Below are positions 37,203 to 47,300 of a stretch of DNA of 64,000 nt, one piece after another (the first letter of the stretch is position 1; each line of letters starts with the position of its first letter). The notes beneath the pieces were generated by a model. It did not search any database, was not told the origin of the DNA, and saw only the letters and a program-made list of their open reading frames with translations. The position numbers and the translations under genes are program-made. The DNA comes from Candidatus Latescibacterota bacterium (GTDB taxonomy: Bacteria; Latescibacterota; UBA2968; UBA8231), in the NCBI GenBank assembly GCA_965203175.1, contig OZ241867.1, positions 5,792,001 to 5,856,000 on the forward strand. The letters run 5' to 3'.

Positions 37203-39920
37203 TCAGCGAGCGGAATCGAGGCAGTAGAGGACGGAGTCCTCGCCGATGAAGAGGATTTCGATCTCGCCGTCGCCGTCGACATCGGCCAAAGTCAGATCAC
37301 CCGGCCTCGTGGGCAAGTCCAACTGCCACCTCAGATGCGGTGCGTCGTCGCGGTCGCCGACCGCAAAGAGCGTCTGCTCGACCGCAAAGAGAAATTCATC
37401 CCGGCCATTGCCGTCGATGTCCGCGGAATAGACCGCAGTGCGCGCATTGCCCGGCAGCGGCCATTGCCATTTCTCCGCTCCGGTGGCCGCGTCCAGACAG
37501 CGCAGGCCCTGGCCCTCTTCCCAGCCGGTGATGCCCAACTCCAAACGACCGTCGCCATCGACATCGCCGACGCCAGCCATGCTGGCTCCACCGGCGTGGT
37601 ACCAGAGTACGCTGGCGTCCAAGGTGGTAAGCCCGTGGTGGTAGGGACCGCACCAGAGCAATTCCTCGCGGCCGTCGCCATCGAAATCGGCCACCATCGG
37701 CTGGCAATAGGCGGCCCAGACACCGGCGAACAGACCGCTGGCCGCGGATATGGAATGGACCAGGTCACCCGTGGTGCCGCGGGCGGCCATGTAATTGACC
37801 GGATACAGGCCAATTACATCCTCTAGGCCATCGCCGTCGATATCGGCCGAAGCCACGAAAGAGCCCCCAGCCCCCCAACCTCTTTCGTCCGCTCCGGTTT
37901 GGTCCGTACGCACTTCGCGCAGGTGCCACAGAGGCTCGCCATCCGCGCCCCGCAAGACCCAGGCTTCGTCGCTGTGCATGGTGCTGCGGCGGGCAGAGAC
38001 CCATATATCGTCGCGCTCGGCGTCGTTGTAACGTCCGCTCCACCAGCTAGTAATCCCGCCAAAATTCCACGGCGGATGGGGACCGGGAAAACCCGCCACC
38101 CGTCGGCGCCAGCGCGGATTGCCGTCGAGGTCAGCCGCAACTATTTCACCCTCTCCAGAGGTCGTCTGATCCGCGTACACCACCTCGGGCCGGCCGTCGC
38201 CGTCGAGGTCAGCGATGAGGGCTGGTCCGGCTCCCGGAAGGCGCCAGCGCAGTATTGCCGAATCTCCTTGGACCCGCGGCGGCTCCAGCGCTAGAATGTG
38301 GCGACTGGCTCCTTCGAAGATCACTCGGGTTGGCTGGCGGCTGCTAGCTGCCACGGCTACTGGCCGCGTCTGCATACCCGATCCGTCCGCGCCAGGGGTG
38401 CCAGCAGCTCCTGTGCGCTCCAGGCGCAGAGCGCGAATCTGAGCACCCTCTGCGACACCCAATTCAGCTATTGCGCCGTGCGTCTGGTGGAAGCTGACGA
38501 GCACCTCGTCAACCCCGTCGCCGTCTATATCGGCGGAGGCCCGCCATTGCATCCGGGAGCGGGCCGGAAGGTCGAAGCTCCACACCTGCTCAGTGCCCCC
38601 AGCCCGGTCGAGGACAAAGGCGCGCAACAGTTCAGTCCGATCATCTCTGGTTTCGACGGTGAAAAAGCCGCGCTGGCCCGAGGCCGTCAGGGACGCAGTT
38701 ACGATATCGTCGGTGCCGCGCGCCACAATGGTCGAATGGGTGGGAGGAAGCTCGGTCGCCGCTGTTACCCACTGTCCGCGCGCCTGGCGCCACAGGGGTA
38801 TGGCCGACTCGCCATCGACGCGCAGGAGGCTCAGCTCGGCATTGGTGGGCACCAGCAGTCCCGCGCTGCGAGAAACAAAGAGTTCGGGCACCCCGTCGTC
38901 ATCGACATCAGCGGTGCCGTGTAGATATTGCCGGGGCAAGTCGAGTACAGTCTCGCCGGTGAGTGCGTCGCAGGCGACTACATGCCATTGGCCGTCGTCC
39001 CACTCGTTGAAAAGGTTGAAGACAATCTCGATGCGGCCATCGCCGTCGATGTCCTGCACAGGATTGGGCCCGGGGCGAATGATGCGGCTCTTGCTCTGGA
39101 TATTTTGCTCGATATCGCGCCGCCACAGCAGCCTCAGCCGATCCCCCTCGTTTTTGACCACGTCGATGTGCATGGCAAAGTCGGCGATAACGACAAAATC
39201 TAGCAGGCCGTCGCCATCCACGTCAGTGGTGCAGAAGAAACCGTAGTTGCGCAGGCCGTGCATGTCGAGCAAGTGCTTGGTGCGGCCGCTCTGCGCGTCG
39301 AGGACAATGATCCGGTAATGAGGCGCAAAGGCGATTTCGAGGCGGCCGTCGCCATCTATGTCGGCGACGACAAAGTTGGTGTTCTGGACCGTGTGGAATA
39401 CCTCCGACCGCCATATTTCCCGCTTCCGCCCCTCCTCGTGGGCATAGCAAACCACTTGCCTGGGATCGGTCCCAGGAGCGTCCGCAACCAGTGGGAATTC
39501 AACTGTCTGCAGCCCGGGGACCTCGGGCAACAGCGCGGCCGCACGACCCGGATCGGGCACCAACTGGCCGTTGCCGTACAAATCGACCAAGCGGGGTCCA
39601 AGGCCCCATTGCCGGTCCTCGGCAGCGCGGAGGTGGGGCGGGGTGAATTGCTCGGACCCAGCGCTCGTCTCCGGCGAGGAGCTAGTTGCCGCGTGTACAG
39701 CCGCCCACACTTCGCCCCCCTCGATCAAGTATTGCCAAGCCACGACGGGCGCTTGGCGCATGGCTCCCGGCAGGACGGCCCGGCCCGTGAGGCGAGTGTC
39801 GCCGCGATACATGGGCCACGCTCCAATTGCCGTGGAAATGCGATCCATCGCCAATACACCAAAGGAAGACGAGAATAGGAGGCCGACTGCGGCGGCGATC
39901 GGCGTTAGCCAACTGCTCAA
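37203..39920 (-). CDS. Secreted FG-GAP/VCBS-repeat beta-propeller protein
   Basis: Signal peptide; WPMYRGD; more than 10 DxDGDG repeats; PQQ-like LDAATGAEKW. Confidence 0.85.
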   Translation of the reverse strand: MSSWLTPIAAAVGLLFSSSFGVLAMDRISTAIGAWPMYRGDTRLTGRAVLPGAMRQAPVVAWQYLIEGGEVWAAVHAATSSSPETSAGSEQFTPPHLRAAEDRQWGLGPRLVDLYGNGQLVPDPGRAAALLPEVPGLQTVEFPLVADAPGTDPRQVVCYAHEEGRKREIWRSEVFHTVQNTNFVVADIDGDGRLEIAFAPHYRIIVLDAQSGRTKHLLDMHGLRNYGFFCTTDVDGDGLLDFVVIADFAMHIDVVKNEGDRLRLLWRRDIEQNIQSKSRIIRPGPNPVQDIDGDGRIEIVFNLFNEWDDGQWHVVACDALTGETVLDLPRQYLHGTADVDDDGVPELFVSRSAGLLVPTNAELSLLRVDGESAIPLWRQARGQWVTAATELPPTHSTIVARGTDDIVTASLTASGQRGFFTVETRDDRTELLRAFVLDRAGGTEQVWSFDLPARSRMQWRASADIDGDGVDEVLVSFHQTHGAIAELGVAEGAQIRALRLERTGAAGTPGADGSGMQTRPVAVAASSRQPTRVIFEGASRHILALEPPRVQGDSAILRWRLPGAGPALIADLDGDGRPEVVYADQTTSGEGEIVAADLDGNPRWRRRVAGFPGPHPPWNFGGITSWWSGRYNDAERDDIWVSARRSTMHSDEAWVLRGADGEPLWHLREVRTDQTGADERGWGAGGSFVASADIDGDGLEDVIGLYPVNYMAARGTTGDLVHSISAASGLFAGVWAAYCQPMVADFDGDGREELLWCGPYHHGLTTLDASVLWYHAGGASMAGVGDVDGDGRLELGITGWEEGQGLRCLDAATGAEKWQWPLPGNARTAVYSADIDGNGRDEFLFAVEQTLFAVGDRDDAPHLRWQLDLPTRPGDLTLADVDGDGEIEILFIGEDSVLYCLDSAR

Positions 39921-40816
39921 TGGGAGGGCGGAAAAGTCTCCGGCCAGAGCGGATCGTAGTCGCTTTCAAAGAGCCAGTCGAAATGATCCGGCACAATGTG
40001 GGCGCGGTCCGGGCGCAGTTGACGCCGCAGCCGGGGGAAGAAGTCCATCAGGGCGTCGCGCTGGTTCTTGGGCAGGCCGCCCGCAACCCCGGCGGCAATC
40101 CACGAGGTGCCCATGGCTTTGCGGGGCACAGTGTCCTCGTTCTGCCAAGCCGAGTGCAGTCCGGCGCTGCAGAGCACTAGGATCTGTCCCCGCCGCGCCA
40201 CCGCGGGGATGGGCTCGCACTCAAGCCAGGGCCTCTCGCCCAGGTCCGGGATGTACTCGGGGAAAGCGGCCGCAGTCGGCGAGACTGGAGCCGGCCGCAG
40301 GCCGTGCACGCGGGGCAGTTCGGCTTTGTGCTCGGGCCGGAGGACCCGACTCCAGTGCGCCATGATGGAGCGGTGGCTGCCGGGCAGGATGCGCATGGCA
40401 CCGCGATGCGCGGGCACGTCGTTGAGCCAGAACCACAACTCGGCCCGCATCCGGCGAGGGGTGGCCTCAAAATCCTCCAGTGTGGCCTGGATGTCCACGT
40501 GGCACCCGCGCGCCCACTGCTCGCGGAGATCGTCGTACGGCGCTGAGGCCGGAGCCCGCTCGTGGGGGGCCAGGCCCCACCACAGATGGACCGCATCGGC
40601 GCGCAGCAGCTTTTTGGCCACCTCCTCAAAGTACGGGTGCTGGATAACTTCGACGTAATCCGGATCCTCGTACGGTGCACCGCCGTTGTCGCGCAAGCGG
40701 TCCCACGCCGCCTCTGCTCTGTCCAACTGCTCGGTGGTGAAGGGACTGTCGATGGTTACGGCACCCTGCTCTTCGTACTGGGCTAATTGCGCATCGGTGA
40801 TCATGGGCATCCTCAA
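39917..40816 (-). CDS. Phytanoyl-CoA dioxygenase (PhyH) family protein
   Basis: CHVD; GAMRILPGSH; GQILVLCSAGLHS. Confidence 0.82.
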   Translation of the reverse strand: MRMPMITDAQLAQYEEQGAVTIDSPFTTEQLDRAEAAWDRLRDNGGAPYEDPDYVEVIQHPYFEEVAKKLLRADAVHLWWGLAPHERAPASAPYDDLREQWARGCHVDIQATLEDFEATPRRMRAELWFWLNDVPAHRGAMRILPGSHRSIMAHWSRVLRPEHKAELPRVHGLRPAPVSPTAAAFPEYIPDLGERPWLECEPIPAVARRGQILVLCSAGLHSAWQNEDTVPRKAMGTSWIAAGVAGGLPKNQRDALMDFFPRLRRQLRPDRAHIVPDHFDWLFESDYDPLWPETFPPSH

Positions 40817-40989
40817 TTATTTGGGGAGGTGAATGGCCAAGCATAGGGCATTGCCGATGGTGAGTCAAGAATCTGCCAAAGGGACTTGATCGCGCCGTCC
40901 GACTGGGGTTAATTGCACCTGTTGACGCACGGATTGACGCTGTGAGGTCAAAAGGTCGCAGCTCCAATCAAGAGACAAGGAGGACAATC

Positions 40990-42570
40990 ATGAGCAAGAC
41001 CCACGAAGTGATGTTCTACACCGACGGCCGCCATTCAAGCGTGTACTTGTACGAGCCGCCCATGGGGGCCAAGCAGTACCTAGAGCCTATCGACGAGCTA
41101 GTCGACCTCGGCATTGACACCATCACCTATGCCGTGGGCGACTGTAGTGTTTTGCTCTACGCCACCAAGGTAGGCGAACGCTGGGGGCACAACGTCGACC
41201 TGACCGACCACGACATTTGGTGGCGGGCGGCGCACAACGCCAAGCTCATGATCGAACAGGGCACGGACCCGCTGCTGCTCGTGTGCCAGCACGCGCAGCA
41301 GCGCGGTTTCCAGTTTCTGCCCAGCCTGCTGTTGAACATGATTCACACACCGCACGACCGCGTCACCAATTGCCGGGTGGCCGACTTCACCACCGAGCAT
41401 CCCGAATGGCAAGTCGGCGCAGAGCCCGAGTATCCCGAAGCCCGCTTCGACAACCCCAACCGGCTATCCTTTGCCGTCCCCGAAGTTCGGGCGGACCGGC
41501 TGGCAGTAATCGCCGAACTAGTCGGAGATTACCCCGGCGACGGCATTGAGCTGAACATGTGTGACTACGCGCCGTTTATCGGCCGCGGAGAGGTCGCCGA
41601 GCACACTGAGACCTTGACCGAGTGGATGCGGGAAATACGCCAACTCTGCGACCGGGCCGCCGCAGAGCAGGGCCGTCCCAAGCGGTTGGTGGTCCGCATA
41701 GGCGCGTCCCTCGACGGCAATAAGCGGATGGGGATGGACGTGGAGACTTGGATCGAGGAAGGGATCGTCGACGCACTGATCTGCATGCAGGTCGTCGGTG
41801 GTTTTGCCAACGACACCACTGGATTGCGGGCCGTTGTCGCTGCCGCCGAAGGTAGGGATGTGCGGGTGTTAGCAGGTATGGAATCGACCAATAATCCCGA
41901 GCTTTCCCGGCCGTCAGTGCGGGCCGCTGCAGCCAATGCCTATGCCGCTGGGGTCCACGGCGTGTTCTTCCACACGTATTACCCAATGCCCAAGCGCTAT
42001 CCATACGATGATGAGGCGGCTGGAAGGATGCGGTTTATGGGACATCCAGACTTGTTGGACAATCTCGACAAGAGGTACCGGCTCGGCATCCCCATCAATC
42101 CCAAGTCAGCCCCTACCCATGGTCTAACCGAACAGCTACCAGCCGAATTGCCATGCGGAGATCCAGCGCGACCGTTCACGCTGGAAGTGAGCGACGACGT
42201 GGCCGGCCGGGACCGAGCCGGCGAATTGTGGCGCTGCGAGTTGCGCCTGATGTTGCAGCACCTGACGTACGAGGACCGGATCGGGCTGAAGTGGAATGGC
42301 GGCGAAATACCCGAGACCGCTTGGCGCAAGGCCGACTGGACCTACCAGTTGCGCCCCAGGCCGGATTACGCGGTCAACGGGTACCGGCTGCACATTGATC
42401 TCAAGCAGATCCAGCGCCTGCCCCAGAAGGGGATAAATACGGTAGAGGTAGAGGTCGTGGAGAAGGATGCCCAGCTCATTCACCCGGTGACCTTGGTGGA
42501 TGTAGAGCTGGTCGTCGAATATCTGCCGCACCGCAATGCGCTGCGAGACGACGAGGAGTACTTTGCCTGA
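40990..42570 (+). CDS. GHL10/DUF187-like glycoside-hydrolase TIM-barrel protein
   Basis: GTDPLLLVCQHAQQRG; HPEW; LSFAVPEVRADRL; DGIEL; GMDVETWIEEGIVD. Confidence 0.7.
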   Translation: MSKTHEVMFYTDGRHSSVYLYEPPMGAKQYLEPIDELVDLGIDTITYAVGDCSVLLYATKVGERWGHNVDLTDHDIWWRAAHNAKLMIEQGTDPLLLVCQHAQQRGFQFLPSLLLNMIHTPHDRVTNCRVADFTTEHPEWQVGAEPEYPEARFDNPNRLSFAVPEVRADRLAVIAELVGDYPGDGIELNMCDYAPFIGRGEVAEHTETLTEWMREIRQLCDRAAAEQGRPKRLVVRIGASLDGNKRMGMDVETWIEEGIVDALICMQVVGGFANDTTGLRAVVAAAEGRDVRVLAGMESTNNPELSRPSVRAAAANAYAAGVHGVFFHTYYPMPKRYPYDDEAAGRMRFMGHPDLLDNLDKRYRLGIPINPKSAPTHGLTEQLPAELPCGDPARPFTLEVSDDVAGRDRAGELWRCELRLMLQHLTYEDRIGLKWNGGEIPETAWRKADWTYQLRPRPDYAVNGYRLHIDLKQIQRLPQKGINTVEVEVVEKDAQLIHPVTLVDVELVVEYLPHRNALRDDEEYFA

Positions 42571-42687
42571 GTTAGGCGTGAGATTCAAACGGCGGGAAAG
42601 ATGTAGAGGTCGGGCTCGCGTCGACAGGTCCGTGGGCAAAAAGGCACCCCCGAAGTCCCTTTTATATCACACCTGCGAGATAGTTAG

Positions 42688-43698
42688 ATGAAAATTACCA
42701 ACATCGAACTCATCGAAGTGGACGTCCCCTACATCGCCCCCATCCGCAACGTCGGCCACGCGGACTGGGAGCACACCATTGCGAGGGTCCACACGGACGA
42801 AGGCCTGATCGGCCTGGGGGAAATCTGGCAGCCGTGCCGCGCAGTGCAGCCGCAAGCGGATGGACTCATCGGCAAAGATCCGCTGGGTATGGCTCTGGAG
42901 CGTGCCAGCGAGCCGTGGCAGTGCGCTCTGTACGACATTGTCGCCCAAGCCAAAGGAGTTCCAGTGTGGAGGTTGATGGGCGACAAGGTACGCGATGAAG
43001 TACCTGTCGCGTACTGGTCGCCCCACCTGCCTCCGGAGGAGACCGCCAGAGAGGCGGAAAAAGCTGCAGCTCTCGGGTTCACGGTTCACAAGCTCAAGGC
43101 GCATCCGGCCGACATTGTGCGCCAAGCGGAGTCGATCGCAGCAGCGACGGCGGGAGTGGACTACGCCATTCGCGTCGATCCCAACTGCGGATTCAAATAT
43201 CCCACCACGGCGGTCCGTCTCGCCAAGGAGCTGGTGCCCTACAACATTGAATGCTTCGAGGATCCGGTAGAGAAGATCAACGTCAACTACGCGTGGTATT
43301 CGCTGCTGCGCCACAAGACCGACATCCCGCAGGCGTTGCACCTCATCGACCCGTACGCCGTTCTCTGCGCGGTCAAGTCAGACGCCGTGGATTGCTTCAA
43401 CCTCAGCGGCACCGTGGCTCCCGTGAAGCGGAGCGCCGCCATCGCCGAGACAGCGAATTGCCCGATCTGGCTGCAGACCGGGGGGTTGTGTCTAGGGGTT
43501 CAGGCCGCCTTCTCAGCGCATCTGCAAGCGACCTTGACCAATGATCTGCGGCCCTGCGACGAACTGCCATTCGTGCGCGAAAACGACCTGATCGGGGGCT
43601 CGCTGGAATTCGCTTCAGGACACTTTGTCGTGCCCCGTGGAAATGGGCTCGGGATTGCGCTGGACGCCGCCGCCGTCGCCCACTACCGGACGCAGTGA
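42688..43698 (+). CDS. Mandelate racemase/muconate lactonizing enzyme (enolase superfamily)
   Basis: RVHTDEGLIGLGE; ALYDIVAQAKGVPVWRLMG; HKLK; VDPN; FEDP. Confidence 0.88.
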   Translation: MKITNIELIEVDVPYIAPIRNVGHADWEHTIARVHTDEGLIGLGEIWQPCRAVQPQADGLIGKDPLGMALERASEPWQCALYDIVAQAKGVPVWRLMGDKVRDEVPVAYWSPHLPPEETAREAEKAAALGFTVHKLKAHPADIVRQAESIAAATAGVDYAIRVDPNCGFKYPTTAVRLAKELVPYNIECFEDPVEKINVNYAWYSLLRHKTDIPQALHLIDPYAVLCAVKSDAVDCFNLSGTVAPVKRSAAIAETANCPIWLQTGGLCLGVQAAFSAHLQATLTNDLRPCDELPFVRENDLIGGSLEFASGHFVVPRGNGLGIALDAAAVAHYRTQ

Positions 43699-43708
43699 CA
43701 ATTATCGA

Positions 43709-44095
43709 CTACGACAGGTCTTCCTTGAAGTCGGTCGCTAGATTTCTCGAAGCTTTGGCCTCGTTTTGGAGGCGACGGAGAACTTCCTCGCTCAGAGAGC
43801 CTATCACGGCAAAATCGCTTGGAATTCTGCTGGCAATTTTTTCGATGTCCGCTCGAATCGTCCTTCTAAGAATTAAGGCCGTCTCCTTACTTATAAAAGG
43901 ATGATCTCCTAGGTGTAGGCGAACATCTTGCCCTACATTCTTCCTAGCATCTGAGCACATGACAAAAAGAACTTCGTTATCTTTATTGGGACTGGAGAGG
44001 ATTATGAAGAGGTGGTATGGATGGTGGTTTGACTTGAGAATATGTCCGGCACGAAGAATGGGACGGTGTATCATGCCAGCACTTTTTCTAGCCAC
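43709..44095 (-). CDS. Putative toxin (PemK/MazF-like fold) paired with the Panacea antitoxin
   Basis: Overlaps the 3' end of the Panacea gene; HLFIILS...VLFVMCS...LHLGDHPFISKET...GSLSEEVLRRL; low GC. Start may be the internal ATG at 44074. Confidence 0.55.
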   Translation of the reverse strand: MARKSAGMIHRPILRAGHILKSNHHPYHLFIILSSPNKDNEVLFVMCSDARKNVGQDVRLHLGDHPFISKETALILRRTIRADIEKIASRIPSDFAVIGSLSEEVLRRLQNEAKASRNLATDFKEDLS

Positions 44096-44631
44096 TCACT
44101 CGTCCTTTCTAAGTCCATGATTTCGTCAATCTCATCCTTGCTCTTGCCTAGTGCATGGAGGATGTTTTCAAGAGAAATAGATGTCGCTTGGACGAGGCCC
44201 TCTGGATCTGGCTGTTCCCATTCGGGGAGGCTGTGTGTATATACAATGAGTCCATTAGGGCCCCAAATGTCTAAGCGTCCGTAGTCTTCCCAGATGTGCT
44301 GGATAATTTCTAATTCCGATTCGGACATACACCCTGTGCCGGGGTCGCTTTTGAGTCCTATTTTGTAGTCGGCCAAGCTCTCAATATGTTGCCTCCATAC
44401 AGGGTGATTTTTCGGATCGTCTTCTTGGTGCATCAAGCGATACGTGTTGCTAGGAACGGGTCCAAACTTCATTGATACCCAGCTATCAGTAGAGATGCTA
44501 CGTCCTTGCTCATTCAGTGATTCCCGGTCAGCTAGATATACCAGTTTGAGCACTTTGATGTACTCCGATGAGCCGCCGGCCAACGCTAGAATGCGAGCTA
44601 CTAGTGCAGTGGCCTTTTTTTCGTCAAACAT
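44071..44631 (-). CDS. Panacea domain (DUF4065/SocA/GepA) antitoxin
   Basis: KVLKLVYLADRESL..GRSISTD..SMKFGPVPS..SESELEII..LIVYTHSLPEW. Confidence 0.85.
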   Translation of the reverse strand: MFDEKKATALVARILALAGGSSEYIKVLKLVYLADRESLNEQGRSISTDSWVSMKFGPVPSNTYRLMHQEDDPKNHPVWRQHIESLADYKIGLKSDPGTGCMSESELEIIQHIWEDYGRLDIWGPNGLIVYTHSLPEWEQPDPEGLVQATSISLENILHALGKSKDEIDEIMDLERTSEWLEKVLA

Positions 44632-44740
44632 GATTTTCTCTCCTAGTCCTTGAATGTATTATAGCGGCACGCTCTTTGTCAAAATCCGCTGGGGACCTTC
44701 CTCCTAGGCACCCTTCCTGCGAGGGATACTATTACCCCGC

Positions 44741-46327
44741 TCAATCAAACGGCGGGAAAAAGGTCAGATCCGTACCGAAGTTATCCATCGCCACCACCTC
44801 GTCGCCACGCAGCCGCGCGCGGATGGCGCTGTCGCGCCACGTCAGGGTCGTCTCGTGGACGGGCAAGTCAAACGCAAAGCCGATCCAGTGTCCCACGGGC
44901 GGATGCTCGATCACCGCATAGCCGTCACGCAAGATCGGATGTTCGGCACCCTCAACTTCGAGGCGGTCGCTGTCGAGCCAAGGCGGCAGACGCACGTGCA
45001 GTGCTCCCGGCTGCTTGACTTTGACCGCTAGGCGCGGATGCGTATAGGGCGATTGTATTTCGAGAGTATCGGTCTCGCAGTCGAACAGCATATCCACCCA
45101 ATGCCCCGCTCCATCGCTGCGCATCACAGCCTTGTACGCCGCAGCCAGTGAGCCTACGGACCCACCGACAATGTCGATATTGAAGCCAATGCGCGGCTTG
45201 TTCGATTGCCAGATGCCCAGTGGCTCGTGCCCGTAGGGAGCCGGAAACCCAAAGCCGCCGCGCAGCCTGTGCGCCACTTGGCGCTTGCCGTCCACCCCCT
45301 CGGGATTATCTGGCTCGACGATAAACGAGACATCGCGCAATTGCGACGGCAGCAAATGGCTGCGCAATATGCGCTCGGCATCGGCGTAGTACTCGGGGTG
45401 GCCCCAGCGCCCCAAGATGAGCGCGGTCTCGATGATATCGCCGGTATTGTTGGCCTCGCCCCGGCGACAAAGTGTGGGTCGGCTCGAGACCTCAATGGAC
45501 CAACCGATCTGATCGCGCAAATCCCACAGACCGCCATCGTAGAAACGCTTGACCCGCTCCATCAGCCCGGCGTCCCCGGTACATTCAGCCAACTGCGCCA
45601 GCGACGACATCGCACAGGTCGTCGAATGCACGTGCGACCCAAAGCGCTCGGTGGCAAAGGAACCGTCGTCGAGAAAGAATTCGCGCACGGCCTTATCCTT
45701 GAGCACCGTAGCCAATTCCAAGGCCGGTTGGTACCCGGTGGCCTGGTACAGTTTGACCAGCGGCCCAATGGCGCGCGCCGGTCCTTGGATAAAGGTCCCC
45801 TCGCCGGAATCGCGGAGGCGCACCGGCGTGTCGCGTTCGAGACGGACGCGATCCCATTGCTCGTTGGGCACCCAATAATCGAACAGCAAATCAATGCTAG
45901 CGGCCGCCAATTCCATAGCCCGCTCGGACTCGCGGAAGGCTGTCAACGCGTATAGAGCGTGGAATCCCTCGCGCAAATTGTGCTCTTGCAGTTCAATGGG
46001 ATCGCCCTCGCCATTTATGTGCTGGCCGATGCGCTGCAAAGGCAGCGGTGCCCGGCTGTAGGAGAAAAAGGCTGCGCGGGCGTGCTTGTCGATCACTTCC
46101 TCGTCCAAGTCCAAGTCCATGGCGTCTTCAGCCGCCAGCATACCGTTCAACAGGCGACCCGGCATGTGGCCTTCCATACTGCCGCGCAAAAAAGCTTCGG
46201 GCCGCACCTGCGCTCCGCCGTAGGGCATATCGGCGTCATCGGCGTTGAACGCCCGGCTCATGGCTTGGCAGCCCAAGCTAATGGCCTCGCCGATATCAGT
46301 AGTATTTACGTCGCGCAGTTGTACCAT
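44741..46327 (-). CDS. GH127-like (alpha/alpha)6 glycoside hydrolase homolog (copy 1)
   Basis: HMPGRLLNG; GSHVHSTTC; GEANNTGDIIETALILGRWG; AERILRSHLLPSQ; LHVRLPPW. Confidence 0.6.
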   Translation of the reverse strand: MVQLRDVNTTDIGEAISLGCQAMSRAFNADDADMPYGGAQVRPEAFLRGSMEGHMPGRLLNGMLAAEDAMDLDLDEEVIDKHARAAFFSYSRAPLPLQRIGQHINGEGDPIELQEHNLREGFHALYALTAFRESERAMELAAASIDLLFDYWVPNEQWDRVRLERDTPVRLRDSGEGTFIQGPARAIGPLVKLYQATGYQPALELATVLKDKAVREFFLDDGSFATERFGSHVHSTTCAMSSLAQLAECTGDAGLMERVKRFYDGGLWDLRDQIGWSIEVSSRPTLCRRGEANNTGDIIETALILGRWGHPEYYADAERILRSHLLPSQLRDVSFIVEPDNPEGVDGKRQVAHRLRGGFGFPAPYGHEPLGIWQSNKPRIGFNIDIVGGSVGSLAAAYKAVMRSDGAGHWVDMLFDCETDTLEIQSPYTHPRLAVKVKQPGALHVRLPPWLDSDRLEVEGAEHPILRDGYAVIEHPPVGHWIGFAFDLPVHETTLTWRDSAIRARLRGDEVVAMDNFGTDLTFFPPFD

Positions 46328-46336
46328 GATCTTTCC

Positions 46337-47296
46337 TCAAATACCGGCGACCAATCGCACGGCTTCGACGGTCCGCCCCCCCATGACAAACGGCTCGCCC
46401 GGCCCTCCATCCACAAAACCCAACTCCTTCAACCAAGCGCCTTTCTCCTCGTCCTCGACACAGACCCGCACCCAGCAACGCCCCCCAGCCCAGTCCATGA
46501 CCGCCCGCATCAAATTGACCCAAGCCTCTCCGTAGCGACCGTGGACGAAACCATCCACCTGACAAGCTCCCTCCCCGTCGGGCCGCGCACTAGCCAAGCC
46601 CACCAATCGCCCATCCCGGGTGCGGGCGGCAAACCAAGCGCCAGCTCCTTGTTCAACCAGCTTGGCATAGCGCGGATACAGCCCCATACAGGAATTCTGC
46701 TCGATATAGCGGGTCGAGTACAATTCGACATTGGCGTCGAGTACCCACCAGTCGTGCGGCGTGACAATCAAGGGGATCATGGGCACGCGCTGGGCCGGCG
46801 ACCCCGGCTCAATCCCGACCTCATCACTAGCCCTAAAGTAATCTACCAGAAAAGACTCAGGCGATTCCCCGCTGGCAATCAAAGTCCAGACAGTAGAACC
46901 GGCCATCTTGCGCCAACCCAAGCGATGGTAAATGCGGGCCGCAGTCGGATTGACTGTACCCAAGAACAGGGCCTGTCCCCCCGAGGCCAAAAAATCGTCG
47001 CGCGCCGCCCGACACAAGTGACTGGCAATGCCTTGGCCGCGACATTGCGGCACGGTAGCCACCTCGCCCAATCCACTCAGTTCTGGGTTGCCTACCGCCG
47101 TGGTTAAATGGCTGCTACCGACCGTGCATCCCCCCTGCTCTATGAGATAGAACGTATCGCTGTTAAAGTCGCGTTCATCACCGGCGTACGCAGGGCGGTC
47201 GGCTTGGTAACCGTCCCCGAAAATCCCCTCCCAAAAATCGATCAACTCCTCAGTCAGGCCCGAGTCCAAAGGAGGCGTCTCGACGCTTATCTGCAC
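46337..47296 (-). CDS. GNAT family N-acetyltransferase (tandem domains)
   Basis: EVATVPQCRGQGIAS; AARIYHRLGW. Confidence 0.85.
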   Translation of the reverse strand: MQISVETPPLDSGLTEELIDFWEGIFGDGYQADRPAYAGDERDFNSDTFYLIEQGGCTVGSSHLTTAVGNPELSGLGEVATVPQCRGQGIASHLCRAARDDFLASGGQALFLGTVNPTAARIYHRLGWRKMAGSTVWTLIASGESPESFLVDYFRASDEVGIEPGSPAQRVPMIPLIVTPHDWWVLDANVELYSTRYIEQNSCMGLYPRYAKLVEQGAGAWFAARTRDGRLVGLASARPDGEGACQVDGFVHGRYGEAWVNLMRAVMDWAGGRCWVRVCVEDEEKGAWLKELGFVDGGPGEPFVMGGRTVEAVRLVAGI

Positions 47297-47300
47297 GAGA

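Noticed and set aside
44658-44682. TTGACA/TATAAT promoter for the Panacea operon (minus strand)
   Set aside because: The two perfect hexamers are only 13 nt apart. A promoter is likely nearby, but this exact pairing is not supportable.
46328-46339. GNAT TGA stop in frame with the downstream GH127-like gene (possible readthrough)
   Set aside because: The stop overlaps a GAGGA RBS before a proper ATG, the paralog at 49840 starts independently at the same residues, and I saw no SECIS-like hairpin.
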